Source: an uncultured Clostridia bacterium (GTDB taxonomy: Bacteria; Bacillota; Clostridia; TANB77; CAG-508). Taken from it: a stretch of 64,000 nucleotides of DNA. Positions 18,809-30,281 of this stretch are shown here, in pieces; positions within the stretch are counted from its first letter, which is position 1, and each line of letters begins with the position of its first letter. The notes below the pieces were generated by a model. It saw only the letters and a program-made list of their open reading frames with translations. It was not told the DNA's origin and did not search any database. The position numbers and the translations under genes were made by a program. Location: the NCBI GenBank assembly GCA_944391865.1, contig CALXVD010000003.1, forward strand, positions 6,375 to 70,374, written 5' to 3'.

Positions 18809-19157
18809 AATATTTGAAGATGAAAACAAGTACGACCCTTTAGCAGGATTTCACGTTGTTCATGATTTATATGCTGAATTAGTTAAGCAAGGTTGTGAAT
18901 TAAAAAATTTATATGATTATTCTTGCAAAGAATTATTATTTATTTTAAAATATAAACGAGAAGGTATAGCCTATAAACTTTGGCGTATGGGTAGTATGAA
19001 TAGGGCTGCTTTTGGAGATAAAGTTTATCCAGCTAAAATCGAAGAAGCTATACCAGAATTGTTTGAAAAGAAAACTCAAAATGCTCCAATGCCAGAATGG
19101 TTAAGAGAAGATTATGAGAGAAAAATAAATAAAGCTGTAAAGAAATCAAAGGGTTAG
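18717..19157 (+). CDS. Tail assembly chaperone frameshift extension (gpT-like), in the +1 frame relative to gpG
   Basis: The frame is open from 18717 and overlaps the gpG 3' end by about 90 nt. This is the classic G/GT arrangement before the tape-measure gene, but the shift here is +1 rather than -1. Confidence 0.4.
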
Positions 19158-19193
19158 TGTTTATATAGATTTAGGTTGTAGGAGGTAGTAAAT

Positions 19194-22100
19194 ATGGCTG
19201 ATAAAGAGACAGGATTAAATATTCCCGTCAGTGCTGTCGCTGACAAAGAAAGTGCTAAAGAGGCTGTAAATGAGCTAACTAAGGGCATCCTAAGTTCTCT
19301 AAAAGACGGCTATATTGAAATTCCTGCTGAATTAAAAGTACCAATAAAAGGTGCGTCAAAAGACTTAGAGAAAGCCCAAAAGGACGTTATTAATCAATGG
19401 GAGAAAACGTTCAAAGAGGGCTTTTCTTCGTCTGCAAAAGATTTAGATAATTTAACAAATGCTTATCAAAGATTTAAAAAATTAGCAGGACAACAGCACA
19501 AAGCTAACACAAAACAATCAAGAGGACTAAGTGCTATAATGGGAGGACCCATTCAAGAATATAGTCTATCTAAAAGAGAAGAACAAACAAAAAGAACAGA
19601 ATTAAAAAGACAAATTGAAAAAGCTCAGAAACAAAATGCTAAAAAAAGTACTTCTAAAGAAGATAAATTATTAGCTGAAGAAATAGCTAATGCTATTAAA
19701 CAGGATAATAAAAGAAAAGGCTATGATAAATTAAGTAGAGAATTAGCTAAAGGAGCTAGTCGTGCAAAATCTAGTACTCCTGGAGCTCCTACTAATTTAG
19801 GTATTCGTTCTCCTTCTATGAGTGGACCTTATATGGACGAAAGAACACTTCGTATGAGTGAAATAAGCCCTTATAGAAATATGAATGAAATAAGATTAGC
19901 TAAAGAACAACAAGAAATAAGAAAAATAGAACGTGCAAGTCTAACTAGTAGAGGAGCTACAACAGAAGATATAGCTGATATAGATAAAAAATTAAAGCAA
20001 CGTGAATCTTCTGGTAGGTCTCAAATTGGAACTGAATATGATTTAATTAAAAAAGCATTATTAACAGAAGTAGCTAAAATTCAAGGGGGCTTAATTAAAG
20101 GGAAACCAGAAGCTACATCAGAGAAATTAATAAATCAAGTGCTAGCTAATTTAACATACGATGAAGAACAAGGCGTAGACCCATTAAAAAGTATAATGGG
20201 AATTCATAATATGCTTCAAAAAAGATATGATACTAAAGGTAAAATAGGAATCACTGATGGTACTCCTAAAGGAGAAGGTAAAAATCAAGAAGAAGCTAAT
20301 GAAACATTAAAAGAAATTTATAAAATTTTAGGACAATTTATAGACGCAAGACAAGCAGTAGCCGAAAATGTACGTAACATAAAGGACACATTAAGTACTG
20401 ATAGAGCTTCTGGTAGAAGTAGCTTATACAGTCAAGAATTAAATAGAATAACAAACTCTGACCAAATGCAAGCCATGAAAGAAGCACTTCGTCCACTAGA
20501 AAGTGGAATGACTGGTATTAATAGGTCTGTCAAAATAGGTAATACTAAAGAAGCTGTTGAGTTTGACCAATCTGAAAAAATTGATAAAGAAAATAAAGAC
20601 ATAAATAGAGATACAGCCAGAACTGTTAAAAAAGATGCTGTTACAGGTTTTAACACTGATTCAAAAGCTGACACATTAATACAATTAGTATCTAGTATTT
20701 TACAACATATACAAAAAGGTATTCCTATAACTGAAGATAATAAAAAAGTATTAGGTAAACAAGCTGAACAAGAAACTACAGATAGTGATACTTCATCACT
20801 TTCACAACAAAAAACTAAAAGTTATTCTATGGAAATGGCAAAAGTATATGATGAAATAGAAAAAGTGATTTCTCCTATAGAAAACGCATTAGTACCTTTA
20901 CAAAATTCTGCACGAGCTTCTACAGAAATACCGAAAGCTATATCTAAGTCTGAATTTGACAAAATTGTTCCTGAACTTACGAAAGAAGAATATCAAAATC
21001 AGGTTCAGAAGTCAACAATTTATGCATCACCTCTTAGACAAGGAATTAGAGCAAAACTAGAAAGTGCGTTCGATGATTTAATTGGAACTACAAAAAAATA
21101 TGAAAAAATACTAAAAGCTGATGCAGATGAACAGGATACAATGGCTGCTGAACGTATTAGAACTTATGGTTTGAATAATGGTAGAAATCCAAATGATACT
21201 GGTGATATAGCTGGTATGAGACGTATTTTACAATTATACAGAACTAATAAAGCTAGTATTGAACAAAATCCAGAATTGGCTCAAAAAATACAATTAACAC
21301 CTGGTAGAGATATTGATACTACAGAAATAACAAAAGCATTAAATGAAGCATTATCTGGTAAAAATATGCGTAATGCTCAAATGGGTGGAAGTATACCACG
21401 TCAAATACTAGGAGGAATGACTGCTTTTATAGGTATGCCATCTCTTGAAAAAAGTAGAGCTCAAGCAGACGGATTAAATCAAATTCTTGGTAATATTAAT
21501 AATGCTTTACAATCAGTATTAATTAACATTCAAACTAAAGAAACAGAACTTGCTGGTATGGAAGCTTCTGGTCAAGCTAAGTTCACGAAAGAAGGCTATT
21601 TAACTCCAGATTCAACTAGTGCCGCATTCAAAACATTAGCTGATTTGGAAGAAGAAAAATTAGTATTAGATTCAATTAAAGCTGACTTGCTAGCAAATGA
21701 CAAAATTATAGACCAAACTGGTGGAAAATTTAGTAAGTTAGTTAAAAACCTTTCATTTACATCTCCTGTATTGAAAGAAAATAACGGTATATTAAGAAAC
21801 ATCAATTCAGGTCTAGATAAAAACGGAAAAGCACTTAAATTTCAAACTAGAATGGCTGAAATATTAAATTATACTTTCCAATTAATGTCTCGTAGTATAG
21901 GGCAAATGTTTAAAAATTGGATAAGTATGTTAAATCCACTTAATATAGTTAAAAGAATATTTGAAGATTTTGCAAGTTATGACCCTAAATGGCAAAGAAC
22001 AATGAATGTGATTAAAAATAATTTTAGAGAAATTATTTTACCATTTATGGAGAAAATTGCACAATTTTTAGTAAATATCATAGGATTTTTAGATATAATT

Positions 22101-24215
22101 TCTATGAAAATACAAGAAGCATTTGGATATACACCAATAAGTTTGTTTGACCAAAAAAATGCAAATGATTTTAAAAAGACCTATGAGGAAATTTCAAATA
22201 TTACAGCTGGTTTTGATGAATTGCATGATATAGGTTCTTCTGGAGGAGAGAACGACCCAGATAATTTATTAGGTGAAATATATAAACCACAATTATCACA
22301 AGAATGGATAGATTTAGCAAATAAAATCGGAGATTTATTTGCAGATGTAATTAAAGGTGATTTAGGCTTTGGCGAAGCAATGCTTAGAATTTTAGAGATT
22401 TTAGGAGAAACTTTGGCGATAATAGCTAAAAAACTTTGGGATTGGTTTAAAACAACAGATTTTGGTAAATGGTTAATTGAAAATTGGAAAACTGTATTAG
22501 CAACTATACTAGCGTTGTTTTTAGGATGGAAATTACTTAAAATATTTGGACCTACATTACTTAGTACTATAGGTGGAGCATTCAAAACATTATTGACTAA
22601 AGTTGGAGGCTGGATAACTACATTATTAGGAGCTAGCGGATTTGGTCAAGGTATAATGTTAGCTTTTCAAAGTTTACTTGCTGGTGGTAAATATAGTTTA
22701 GTGGGCACATTAAAAGAAATGTTTACTAATTCAGCAGCGATAACACAAGCAGGTTCTTGGGGCTCAATGATAGGTTTCGCATTAGTAAAAGGATTAGTTG
22801 GAGTATTATCTATAGCACTTGGTGGAAAAATGGTAGCAGACGCATTTGATTCTGCCGCAGATAAAACTTCATATAATATTGGACTGGAACAAGCTGGTGG
22901 AAATGAAGAAGATAAAAAAGGTATTGGTGGAGACGTCTTAAAGGGTGCTGCTGGAGGTGCTGCGATTGGTTTTGGTGTTGGACAAATCATACCAGTAGTT
23001 GGCCCACTTGTAGGTGCAGCAATAGGTGCTGTAGCAGGTGCTTTGACGACATCTTTAGCTCCAGCATTTGAAGCAGTAGAAGTATCAGCAAGAGAAGCTA
23101 ATAATGAAATGCAAAAAATAGAACACTATGAAGGATTAGTTCAAGGGTATTCTACACAAGTCAGTGAATTAGAAGAATTACAGCAAGTGCTAAATGATAC
23201 TCTACAAAAACAAACAGAAAATGTTTATGCGGAAGGTGAACAACTTGGTATCACAAAGACGCGTATGGATGAATTAGTAACGTCTGTTCAAAATGGTACA
23301 TTTAATACAAGTATGTTATCGGGTGCTGAACTAGGATTGAAAGATAGTTTAATTCAATTAAGTGAACAACAAACTAAAAACCAAGAAGCTACTGAAAGAT
23401 TAGAGGCTGCAAAACGAAAATTACAAAAAGCGGAAATAGATTTAGCGATTGCAGAAGATGTTGCCGCAGGTAATTTTGAAATGGCCGCGGCTAGAATTGA
23501 TTATGCTGAAGCAGCTTCGTTGTATACTACAGAAGAAGCTACTAAAAAACGTATTCAATTATACAAAGAAGCTGGTGAAGAAGAAGCCGCTGCATTATTA
23601 CAAGATTTAACTCCACAACAAAGACAAAAAATGGCAGACATAAACGAAATGACATCAGAGGAATTAGCTAGTTTTGTAGAAACATGGAGAAAATCTAGTG
23701 ACGAAGCAAAAGAAGCATTCTTAAGTGGAGTAGACCAAGATACACAAAATCAATTTGAAAGCCAAATGAATGAAATTGATAGTATTATAGAAGAACATCA
23801 AGGATTCTGGCAAGGCGTAGGAGATACATTGAAAGAAATATTTACATTTGGTATCGCGGATACTTGGACATATAATGGCGAGAAAAAGGCTACTGCTGAG
23901 TATAAATCAAGAGTAGTACCATCTGCCGCGGTAGGTATGAATTATGTACCAAATGATGGTTTGGTTTATTTACATCAAGGAGAGGCTGTTATACCTAAAA
24001 AATATAACAAACCTTATGAACCAACTAATAATATTAGTCAGGCTTATTTAGACCAAATGATGAATACTATGAAATCTTTAGATAATACTATTCAACAAGG
24101 TATAGACGTCAGAGGGGAATTTAGACAAAAAGGTACTGACTTAGTTGCAACAGTAAAAAAAGTAGAAAACAGAAATGGAAATCAACCATTAAATAATCCT
24201 GTTTTTGCTAGATAA
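19194..24215 (+). CDS. Tail tape measure protein
   Basis: 1673 aa with long coiled coils and a central glycine-zipper TM block (GAAGGAAIGFGVGQIIPVVGPLVGAAIGAVAGAL). Confidence 0.85.
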   Translation: MADKETGLNIPVSAVADKESAKEAVNELTKGILSSLKDGYIEIPAELKVPIKGASKDLEKAQKDVINQWEKTFKEGFSSSAKDLDNLTNAYQRFKKLAGQQHKANTKQSRGLSAIMGGPIQEYSLSKREEQTKRTELKRQIEKAQKQNAKKSTSKEDKLLAEEIANAIKQDNKRKGYDKLSRELAKGASRAKSSTPGAPTNLGIRSPSMSGPYMDERTLRMSEISPYRNMNEIRLAKEQQEIRKIERASLTSRGATTEDIADIDKKLKQRESSGRSQIGTEYDLIKKALLTEVAKIQGGLIKGKPEATSEKLINQVLANLTYDEEQGVDPLKSIMGIHNMLQKRYDTKGKIGITDGTPKGEGKNQEEANETLKEIYKILGQFIDARQAVAENVRNIKDTLSTDRASGRSSLYSQELNRITNSDQMQAMKEALRPLESGMTGINRSVKIGNTKEAVEFDQSEKIDKENKDINRDTARTVKKDAVTGFNTDSKADTLIQLVSSILQHIQKGIPITEDNKKVLGKQAEQETTDSDTSSLSQQKTKSYSMEMAKVYDEIEKVISPIENALVPLQNSARASTEIPKAISKSEFDKIVPELTKEEYQNQVQKSTIYASPLRQGIRAKLESAFDDLIGTTKKYEKILKADADEQDTMAAERIRTYGLNNGRNPNDTGDIAGMRRILQLYRTNKASIEQNPELAQKIQLTPGRDIDTTEITKALNEALSGKNMRNAQMGGSIPRQILGGMTAFIGMPSLEKSRAQADGLNQILGNINNALQSVLINIQTKETELAGMEASGQAKFTKEGYLTPDSTSAAFKTLADLEEEKLVLDSIKADLLANDKIIDQTGGKFSKLVKNLSFTSPVLKENNGILRNINSGLDKNGKALKFQTRMAEILNYTFQLMSRSIGQMFKNWISMLNPLNIVKRIFEDFASYDPKWQRTMNVIKNNFREIILPFMEKIAQFLVNIIGFLDIISMKIQEAFGYTPISLFDQKNANDFKKTYEEISNITAGFDELHDIGSSGGENDPDNLLGEIYKPQLSQEWIDLANKIGDLFADVIKGDLGFGEAMLRILEILGETLAIIAKKLWDWFKTTDFGKWLIENWKTVLATILALFLGWKLLKIFGPTLLSTIGGAFKTLLTKVGGWITTLLGASGFGQGIMLAFQSLLAGGKYSLVGTLKEMFTNSAAITQAGSWGSMIGFALVKGLVGVLSIALGGKMVADAFDSAADKTSYNIGLEQAGGNEEDKKGIGGDVLKGAAGGAAIGFGVGQIIPVVGPLVGAAIGAVAGALTTSLAPAFEAVEVSAREANNEMQKIEHYEGLVQGYSTQVSELEELQQVLNDTLQKQTENVYAEGEQLGITKTRMDELVTSVQNGTFNTSMLSGAELGLKDSLIQLSEQQTKNQEATERLEAAKRKLQKAEIDLAIAEDVAAGNFEMAAARIDYAEAASLYTTEEATKKRIQLYKEAGEEEAAALLQDLTPQQRQKMADINEMTSEELASFVETWRKSSDEAKEAFLSGVDQDTQNQFESQMNEIDSIIEEHQGFWQGVGDTLKEIFTFGIADTWTYNGEKKATAEYKSRVVPSAAVGMNYVPNDGLVYLHQGEAVIPKKYNKPYEPTNNISQAYLDQMMNTMKSLDNTIQQGIDVRGEFRQKGTDLVATVKKVENRNGNQPLNNPVFAR

Positions 24216-24229
24216 GGAGGTAATTAATT

Positions 24230-24724
24230 ATGGGTTTATGTCCTAAAACAAACGCATTTGCTCCGTTAATATTAATAAACGGTAAAGAATTCAAGTTTCA
24301 AGACCCTAACGGAGATTATTTAACTGAATATTATGACGGTAAATTATTCAATACTGTGAATAACCCAGCAATTGGTTACACAGAACAATCTGAGCAATTA
24401 GTTAAATCCACTAGAAACGCCAAAGGTCAAGTAGTAGCTCAGGTAATAAACAGACGTTTAAATAAATTTGAAAATTTATATTGGCCTTATATGTCAAGAG
24501 TAAATGTCAATTGGCTTAAAAAAGAAATTGCTAAATTTTACTGTGATTTAAGCTATTGGGATGACGAATTAGAACAGTTTATAACTAGAAGATATTACTG
24601 GGGTGACTTTGAAGCCACCCCATGCGAATGGGAAACTGTTAAAATTACAGGAACAGACCAATATTTCAAAAGACCGATTTGGTATAAAGACGTAAAATGT
24701 AATTTAATCGATTGTGGATATTAA
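24230..24724 (+). CDS. Tail component
   Basis: Position after the tape-measure gene. Confidence 0.3.
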   Translation: MGLCPKTNAFAPLILINGKEFKFQDPNGDYLTEYYDGKLFNTVNNPAIGYTEQSEQLVKSTRNAKGQVVAQVINRRLNKFENLYWPYMSRVNVNWLKKEIAKFYCDLSYWDDELEQFITRRYYWGDFEATPCEWETVKITGTDQYFKRPIWYKDVKCNLIDCGY

Positions 24725-24745
24725 TACTAAGAAAGGAGCAAAAAG

Positions 24746-26560
24746 ATGGCACTAGAACAAAAATATCTTAATATACCTATAAGGGCTGAAGGTTATATTG
24801 ATATAATTATGTATGCTCAAGACGCAAAAGTAAATATTGCGAATATTTCATCTAATAGTGTAAATACTTATTCTAATATAGAAACGTTAAAAGATATTAA
24901 AAGTTATACTAACACCACTATTGCTACATTAGAAGAAAATATGTGGTTATTAAATGGAAAATTTCCTAATCCAACTCCTGGAGTTAGATATAATGGCTAT
25001 ATCAGCAATGAAGTATCTGATGAACAAGGAAATTTTACAACAAATCCTAAAATAGATATTGAATTAGCAACAATATCAGAAATAGAAAGTTTTAGTTTAA
25101 TCTTAAATTCAGCTGTGCCATCTGGCTATCCTAAACAGATTAAATGCACTTTTTATAATGGAGAAACTATTTTAACAGATATAACACAAGATTTAACAAC
25201 AGTAGACACATTACCAAATGTTATTTTCGACGTCAATCAAGAAAATGTAACAAAAGTTACAGTTGAATTTATAGGAACAAGACGTGGAAAAAGAAGAATA
25301 AGATTATCTAATTTAATGTTTGGTAGAGTAATAAATTTAGACCAAAATCAAGTAATAAGTACTGATTACACTGATAAATGTAGTTATGTGCCAGATAGCA
25401 TACCTAGTAGAATATTTAGTTTTACAATGAACAACTATAATCAAATTTATAATATAGATAACCCTGAAAATGGTTATATAAATTTAGATAGAAATACAGT
25501 AGTATTAATTAGAAATGGTTATAATATATTCGGGTATGACGAAGAAAATCAAAGAATGGATAATCCTGATAAATTTCAACAAATTGAATGGGATGACTGG
25601 AAAGAGTTAAGACTGCTAAACATTACAACAAGTGATGATACTTGTACATTTGAATGTGGTTCTGTATTAGATATGATGGAAGATACATACACAAATGAAA
25701 CCTTTATAAATAATAGAAGTGTAGAAAGTATTACAGACACACTAATGCAATTTGAAGGTCTTCCTGATAATACAGTTATATTTAGTAATGACGACGATGG
25801 AAAAAGTTATGGAGCTTATACTATTAATACAGTACTTCCAGAATTACCAGTAAGAGAGCTCATTCAATTATTAGCTTTTTCAGTGGGAGCCACGTTATTA
25901 ATTCAAGATGATGGTACTATTAAGTTTGCAAATTTAAAATTAAATGATTTAAATTCTTTTACAAATCATCATGAATTTAATTATAAAGATTTTGCAAGTG
26001 TTCCAGCGGCTGAACAATTAGAGAATACAACAAATATCTCTTTACCTAAATATAATTCTACTACTGAAAATGACGTTACTGAGATAGTTAGAACAACTGT
26101 AGCACAAAACCAAGTAGAAATTACATATAGCGAGTGTGTACCAGTAAGTGCATTACCTGAAAATAAGGTTGTACCAATTAGTATGTTTTGTAAAAGAGCT
26201 AATTTAAATGTATCTGTTAGTGAAGCAGAACCTCAAATAGAAGTTACTATCATGGGGCATAAAATAAGTACGGTAGAAACTCAAGAAAGAAGTGTCACAA
26301 AAGATACTTTAATTATAGATACTAAATTAATGAAAGAAGACCCAGGTGATAAAATAAAAGAAAAATATAAGTTATGGTATAGTAAAAAATTCAAATATAC
26401 TATGGACACTAGAGGAGAACCATTAGTTGACGCAGGAGATATAGCTAAAATTCAAACACCTTTTAGTGGTGAAGACCAATTAATTAATGGTTACGTATTA
26501 CAAAACCATATCGCATTTGATGGTAGTTGGAGTGGTGATATGGAGGTGGTTAAACTATGA
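24746..26560 (+). CDS. Distal tail / baseplate protein candidate
   Basis: 604 aa. Position. Confidence 0.35.
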   Translation: MALEQKYLNIPIRAEGYIDIIMYAQDAKVNIANISSNSVNTYSNIETLKDIKSYTNTTIATLEENMWLLNGKFPNPTPGVRYNGYISNEVSDEQGNFTTNPKIDIELATISEIESFSLILNSAVPSGYPKQIKCTFYNGETILTDITQDLTTVDTLPNVIFDVNQENVTKVTVEFIGTRRGKRRIRLSNLMFGRVINLDQNQVISTDYTDKCSYVPDSIPSRIFSFTMNNYNQIYNIDNPENGYINLDRNTVVLIRNGYNIFGYDEENQRMDNPDKFQQIEWDDWKELRLLNITTSDDTCTFECGSVLDMMEDTYTNETFINNRSVESITDTLMQFEGLPDNTVIFSNDDDGKSYGAYTINTVLPELPVRELIQLLAFSVGATLLIQDDGTIKFANLKLNDLNSFTNHHEFNYKDFASVPAAEQLENTTNISLPKYNSTTENDVTEIVRTTVAQNQVEITYSECVPVSALPENKVVPISMFCKRANLNVSVSEAEPQIEVTIMGHKISTVETQERSVTKDTLIIDTKLMKEDPGDKIKEKYKLWYSKKFKYTMDTRGEPLVDAGDIAKIQTPFSGEDQLINGYVLQNHIAFDGSWSGDMEVVKL

Positions 26561-29500
26561 GTTATTCTGTAGAATGGATAGAACCTATTTTTGATAGAAC
26601 TTATGGAGATGTCCAAATATTAGAAATGGACACAATGAATTCTAATACAAAAGGTGCATATAATTATAATGATTTAAACAGAATTGAACAGAATACAAAA
26701 TATTGTATGGAATACATGGTAGACCACAGAATAATAAGAGTACCCCCATCTATGGCCATTAAAATGAATTGGGTAGAAACAGATATTCCTACAAGAGACG
26801 ATATGATACGTATTGTCAGAAATGTAATGATACTCATGGAAAGTTCAAATCCAGTTATTAAAGAAAATTTTACAGAATTACATGAAGCTACACAATTTAC
26901 ATATCAAGTAGCTAATGCAATTGAACATAACTTGGATTTAATGCATAATCAACCAGATTTACCAATTCAGAAATGGTTATTGACTATTGAAAATGGTATT
27001 ATCCAAGAATATGGAGTTTCTTCTGCACAAATAGCTGAAGATGAAACCGTGCATATACAAGGTGTACCATACGGTGAAAATGCTCAATATATGATATTTA
27101 CTAATTGGAGTGGAGAAACAGACGACCTTCAATATGTTGGAGATGTGAATTCTCAAGTAACTACTTTTCAAATGGTATATCATGACAGTGAAAATTATGA
27201 AGTAAAGTTAACTGCTAATTTCAAAACTAGATTTCCTAGAACTTTAACATTACATGGTGGTACCATTTATGATGACATTGGAGGTACAACTAGACAATTC
27301 TTTGCCGGAGATGAAATCAGACTTTTAGCTGACATAGCAGCGCCAGGAAAAGTATTTTATGAATGGCAAGGAACAGAAGAAGGATTGGAAAATTTAACTG
27401 GTGGTGCAGAGCCGTCTACCTCTTGGTTAACGATGCCAGATTGTGATGTAGAGTTAACTTCTTTTTATATAAATGCTGGTCAACATAGTGTAACTGTGGA
27501 TGGTACTATTCAAGGGTGGTATGATTATGGAGAAAATGTATATTTAAGTGCAAGTTCGAGAGGTTCGAAATGGTCATTTGCTTATTGGAGTGGTGATACA
27601 GCTTATTTAGATGATGTTACTTCTAATTCATTGACTATGCCAGATATAAATATAAGTTTTACTTCACATTGGGATTATAATTATTCATACAATACTGTAA
27701 CAATGGTGCAAGGTACTATTGACGGTGAAAGCATAATAGAAAATGCAAAAGAACAAAGTAGTCATCAAATTATAGCACCAGCTGCACCAGAAGGTAAGGT
27801 ATTTGGGAAATGGATATTGGAAGGTGTCGGACGCTTTTTAGATAGTGAAAGCTCAACTACTACATTCTATGTTGGCGATGGAAATGCAGTAATTGATTGT
27901 GAGTTTGTAGACACTAAAACAGTTACAATTGAAAATGAAGATAATAATGGTGGTACAAGAACATTTTTAGTTGGTGTAGGAAAACCGTATAGTATTAGTA
28001 CTACAACAGTACTCAGTGATTATATGTTTGATTATTGGACTAAAGACGGAACTAGATATGGTTCATCATCTCATTATAGCAGAATTACTATGGGTGAAAC
28101 TGATGTTACTTATCATGCATATTATCGTGATAGAAATTCGTATAATTTAACAGTAAATAACGGTACTGGTAGTGGAGTATATAAAGAAAGACAATCAGTA
28201 AGTATATCAGCAAATGACCCACCAGAAGGTTATAATTGGTCAGGTTGGAGTGGTAACTATTATAGTATAACAAATAGATATAATATGACTACTTCTATCA
28301 CAATGCCAAGTAATGATTGTGAAGTTACTGCTAATTACTCAAAACCATCAGACCCAGACCCAAAACCATATCATAATTTAATAGTTATAAATGGTAGTGG
28401 TAGTGGTTCATATAGAGAAGGAACTACAGTTAGATGTTATGGTGACCAAGCCCCAGATACATATGAATTTGCTTATTGGACTGAAGGAGACGATATTATA
28501 TCTTATTCTAATCCTATGTCAATTACTATGGGAACTGAAGATAGAACTGTTCAAGCAAATTATAAACCTATTCCATATTTTAATGTTACAGTCATAAATG
28601 GTAAATTAGCAGATGGTACAACTTCTGGGTCATTTTTACGAAATTCAAATCCTCAAATTATTATGGACCCAGCACCAGATGGCATGAAGTTTTTACAATG
28701 GGAAATAATAACCGGTGACGATAATGATGTATATCAACCATTATCTGAAAACACTACAATTAGAAATTTGACACATGATGTAGTTGTACAAGCTACATAT
28801 TATGTACCAAATCCAGATATAAAATACACATTAACTATTACTGGAAAAGATGGAGAAATAAAAACTAATAATTATCCAATTGGTGAACAAGTAGATATAC
28901 GAGCAGATAGTCCTGACGAAGGATGGGAATTCACAAAATGGACAGGGGATACACAATATGTAAATGACCCATATTCAGAAGAAGCTGTAGTAAATATGCC
29001 GGGTAAAAACATAACACTTGGAATGAAATATACTGAAATTGGAGCAATTCCTACTTACCACGTTTTTCTTGAAGGTGGTAAAATAAAAATGCCAGATGAA
29101 GAAGATAGGTGGGAATTTGAAGGTGAATTTGAGGAAGGCACAGTATTAACAATTAAAGCAGATGACCCAATGCTTGGTTGGGAATTTGTTCAATGGAAAA
29201 AACCTGAAAATGCATCAGCAGATGATAAGTCAGAAGAAACAGTAGCAAATTTAACAGAACCTGAAACTACATTACAAGTACGAAATTTTAAAATAACTTT
29301 ATCTGTAGTATGGAAAGAAAAAGATAAATACATAATGACTGTTAATGATGGTTTTGGAAGTGGTAGTTATTATCCTGACCAACCAGTACAAATATATTTC
29401 AATTTAGAAGATACACAAACAAATCATTATAAATTTACAAGATGGTCTGGAGACGATATTGCTTATCTAGAACTTATGGATGGTAAAGCCTTTGACGTAT

Positions 29501-29985
29501 TTAAACCAGAAGAACAAGCTGTGAAAATGCCATCAAGAAATATTGAAATAACTGCATTATATGACGTTAGCTATTTACTTTCTATAAATAGTATAGAAAA
29601 TGGATATTATCTAGAGGGTGAAAAAATTCAGATTTCAGCAGAAGAAGTTGAAGGTAAGACGTTTAGATATTGGGATGGAGATATTGACTGTGTAGATAAT
29701 AGGTATAATCCAAACATAGTAGTTACTATGCCTAAAGGGTCTGTGAATTTAATTCCTGTTTATAGTAACACAAATGAAAGAAATAATATAGGTTATACAT
29801 TGACTAGTTTATATGATAATGATACAATACTTCAAGAGGATATAATAATTATTTCTGGTGAAATAGGAACAGGGTTTATGATTACAGACATTGATGGTCA
29901 TATTTATGTAATTACTTCTATGACAGAAAGCCAGATTAATATACTAAGATTAACAAGTAAAAATACAGGCACTGATATAACATAA
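26557..29985 (+). CDS. Large tail fibre / receptor-binding protein with at least 10 tandem Flg_new-like beta repeats
   Basis: Recurrent ~80-aa modules with (F/Y)xxWxG..(S/T)xTMP..xVxAxY, for example YEFAYWTEG..SITMG..VQANY and WEFTKWTGD..VNMPG..LGMKY. Confidence 0.55.
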   Translation: MSYSVEWIEPIFDRTYGDVQILEMDTMNSNTKGAYNYNDLNRIEQNTKYCMEYMVDHRIIRVPPSMAIKMNWVETDIPTRDDMIRIVRNVMILMESSNPVIKENFTELHEATQFTYQVANAIEHNLDLMHNQPDLPIQKWLLTIENGIIQEYGVSSAQIAEDETVHIQGVPYGENAQYMIFTNWSGETDDLQYVGDVNSQVTTFQMVYHDSENYEVKLTANFKTRFPRTLTLHGGTIYDDIGGTTRQFFAGDEIRLLADIAAPGKVFYEWQGTEEGLENLTGGAEPSTSWLTMPDCDVELTSFYINAGQHSVTVDGTIQGWYDYGENVYLSASSRGSKWSFAYWSGDTAYLDDVTSNSLTMPDINISFTSHWDYNYSYNTVTMVQGTIDGESIIENAKEQSSHQIIAPAAPEGKVFGKWILEGVGRFLDSESSTTTFYVGDGNAVIDCEFVDTKTVTIENEDNNGGTRTFLVGVGKPYSISTTTVLSDYMFDYWTKDGTRYGSSSHYSRITMGETDVTYHAYYRDRNSYNLTVNNGTGSGVYKERQSVSISANDPPEGYNWSGWSGNYYSITNRYNMTTSITMPSNDCEVTANYSKPSDPDPKPYHNLIVINGSGSGSYREGTTVRCYGDQAPDTYEFAYWTEGDDIISYSNPMSITMGTEDRTVQANYKPIPYFNVTVINGKLADGTTSGSFLRNSNPQIIMDPAPDGMKFLQWEIITGDDNDVYQPLSENTTIRNLTHDVVVQATYYVPNPDIKYTLTITGKDGEIKTNNYPIGEQVDIRADSPDEGWEFTKWTGDTQYVNDPYSEEAVVNMPGKNITLGMKYTEIGAIPTYHVFLEGGKIKMPDEEDRWEFEGEFEEGTVLTIKADDPMLGWEFVQWKKPENASADDKSEETVANLTEPETTLQVRNFKITLSVVWKEKDKYIMTVNDGFGSGSYYPDQPVQIYFNLEDTQTNHYKFTRWSGDDIAYLELMDGKAFDVFKPEEQAVKMPSRNIEITALYDVSYLLSINSIENGYYLEGEKIQISAEEVEGKTFRYWDGDIDCVDNRYNPNIVVTMPKGSVNLIPVYSNTNERNNIGYTLTSLYDNDTILQEDIIIISGEIGTGFMITDIDGHIYVITSMTESQINILRLTSKNTGTDIT

Positions 29986-29994
29986 AGGAGGTAA

Positions 29995-30267
29995 TTGAAG
30001 ATGTCTAATAATATTGGAATTACAACTGAAAATTTACCTAGAGTAATTGGTCAAACAATGGACTTTGATACTACAGGCGAATGGAATTCAATTACTATGA
30101 TTTCTGGTCAATTAGATTTGGGAGCGATTATATCTGACGAGAATGGTACAATAGGTGTATGTTCAGGTTTCACAAGAGATGAAAATAATAATCCAATTTA
30201 TACAATACGAACAGTGACACTAGATACACAAATAGATGTCCAGGCTATATTAGGAAAAAGTTATTAA
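29995..30267 (+). CDS. Hypothetical small protein
   Basis: RBS aaggaggtaattgaagATG. Confidence 0.3.
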   Translation: MKMSNNIGITTENLPRVIGQTMDFDTTGEWNSITMISGQLDLGAIISDENGTIGVCSGFTRDENNNPIYTIRTVTLDTQIDVQAILGKSY

Positions 30268-30281
30268 AAGGAGATGTTAAA

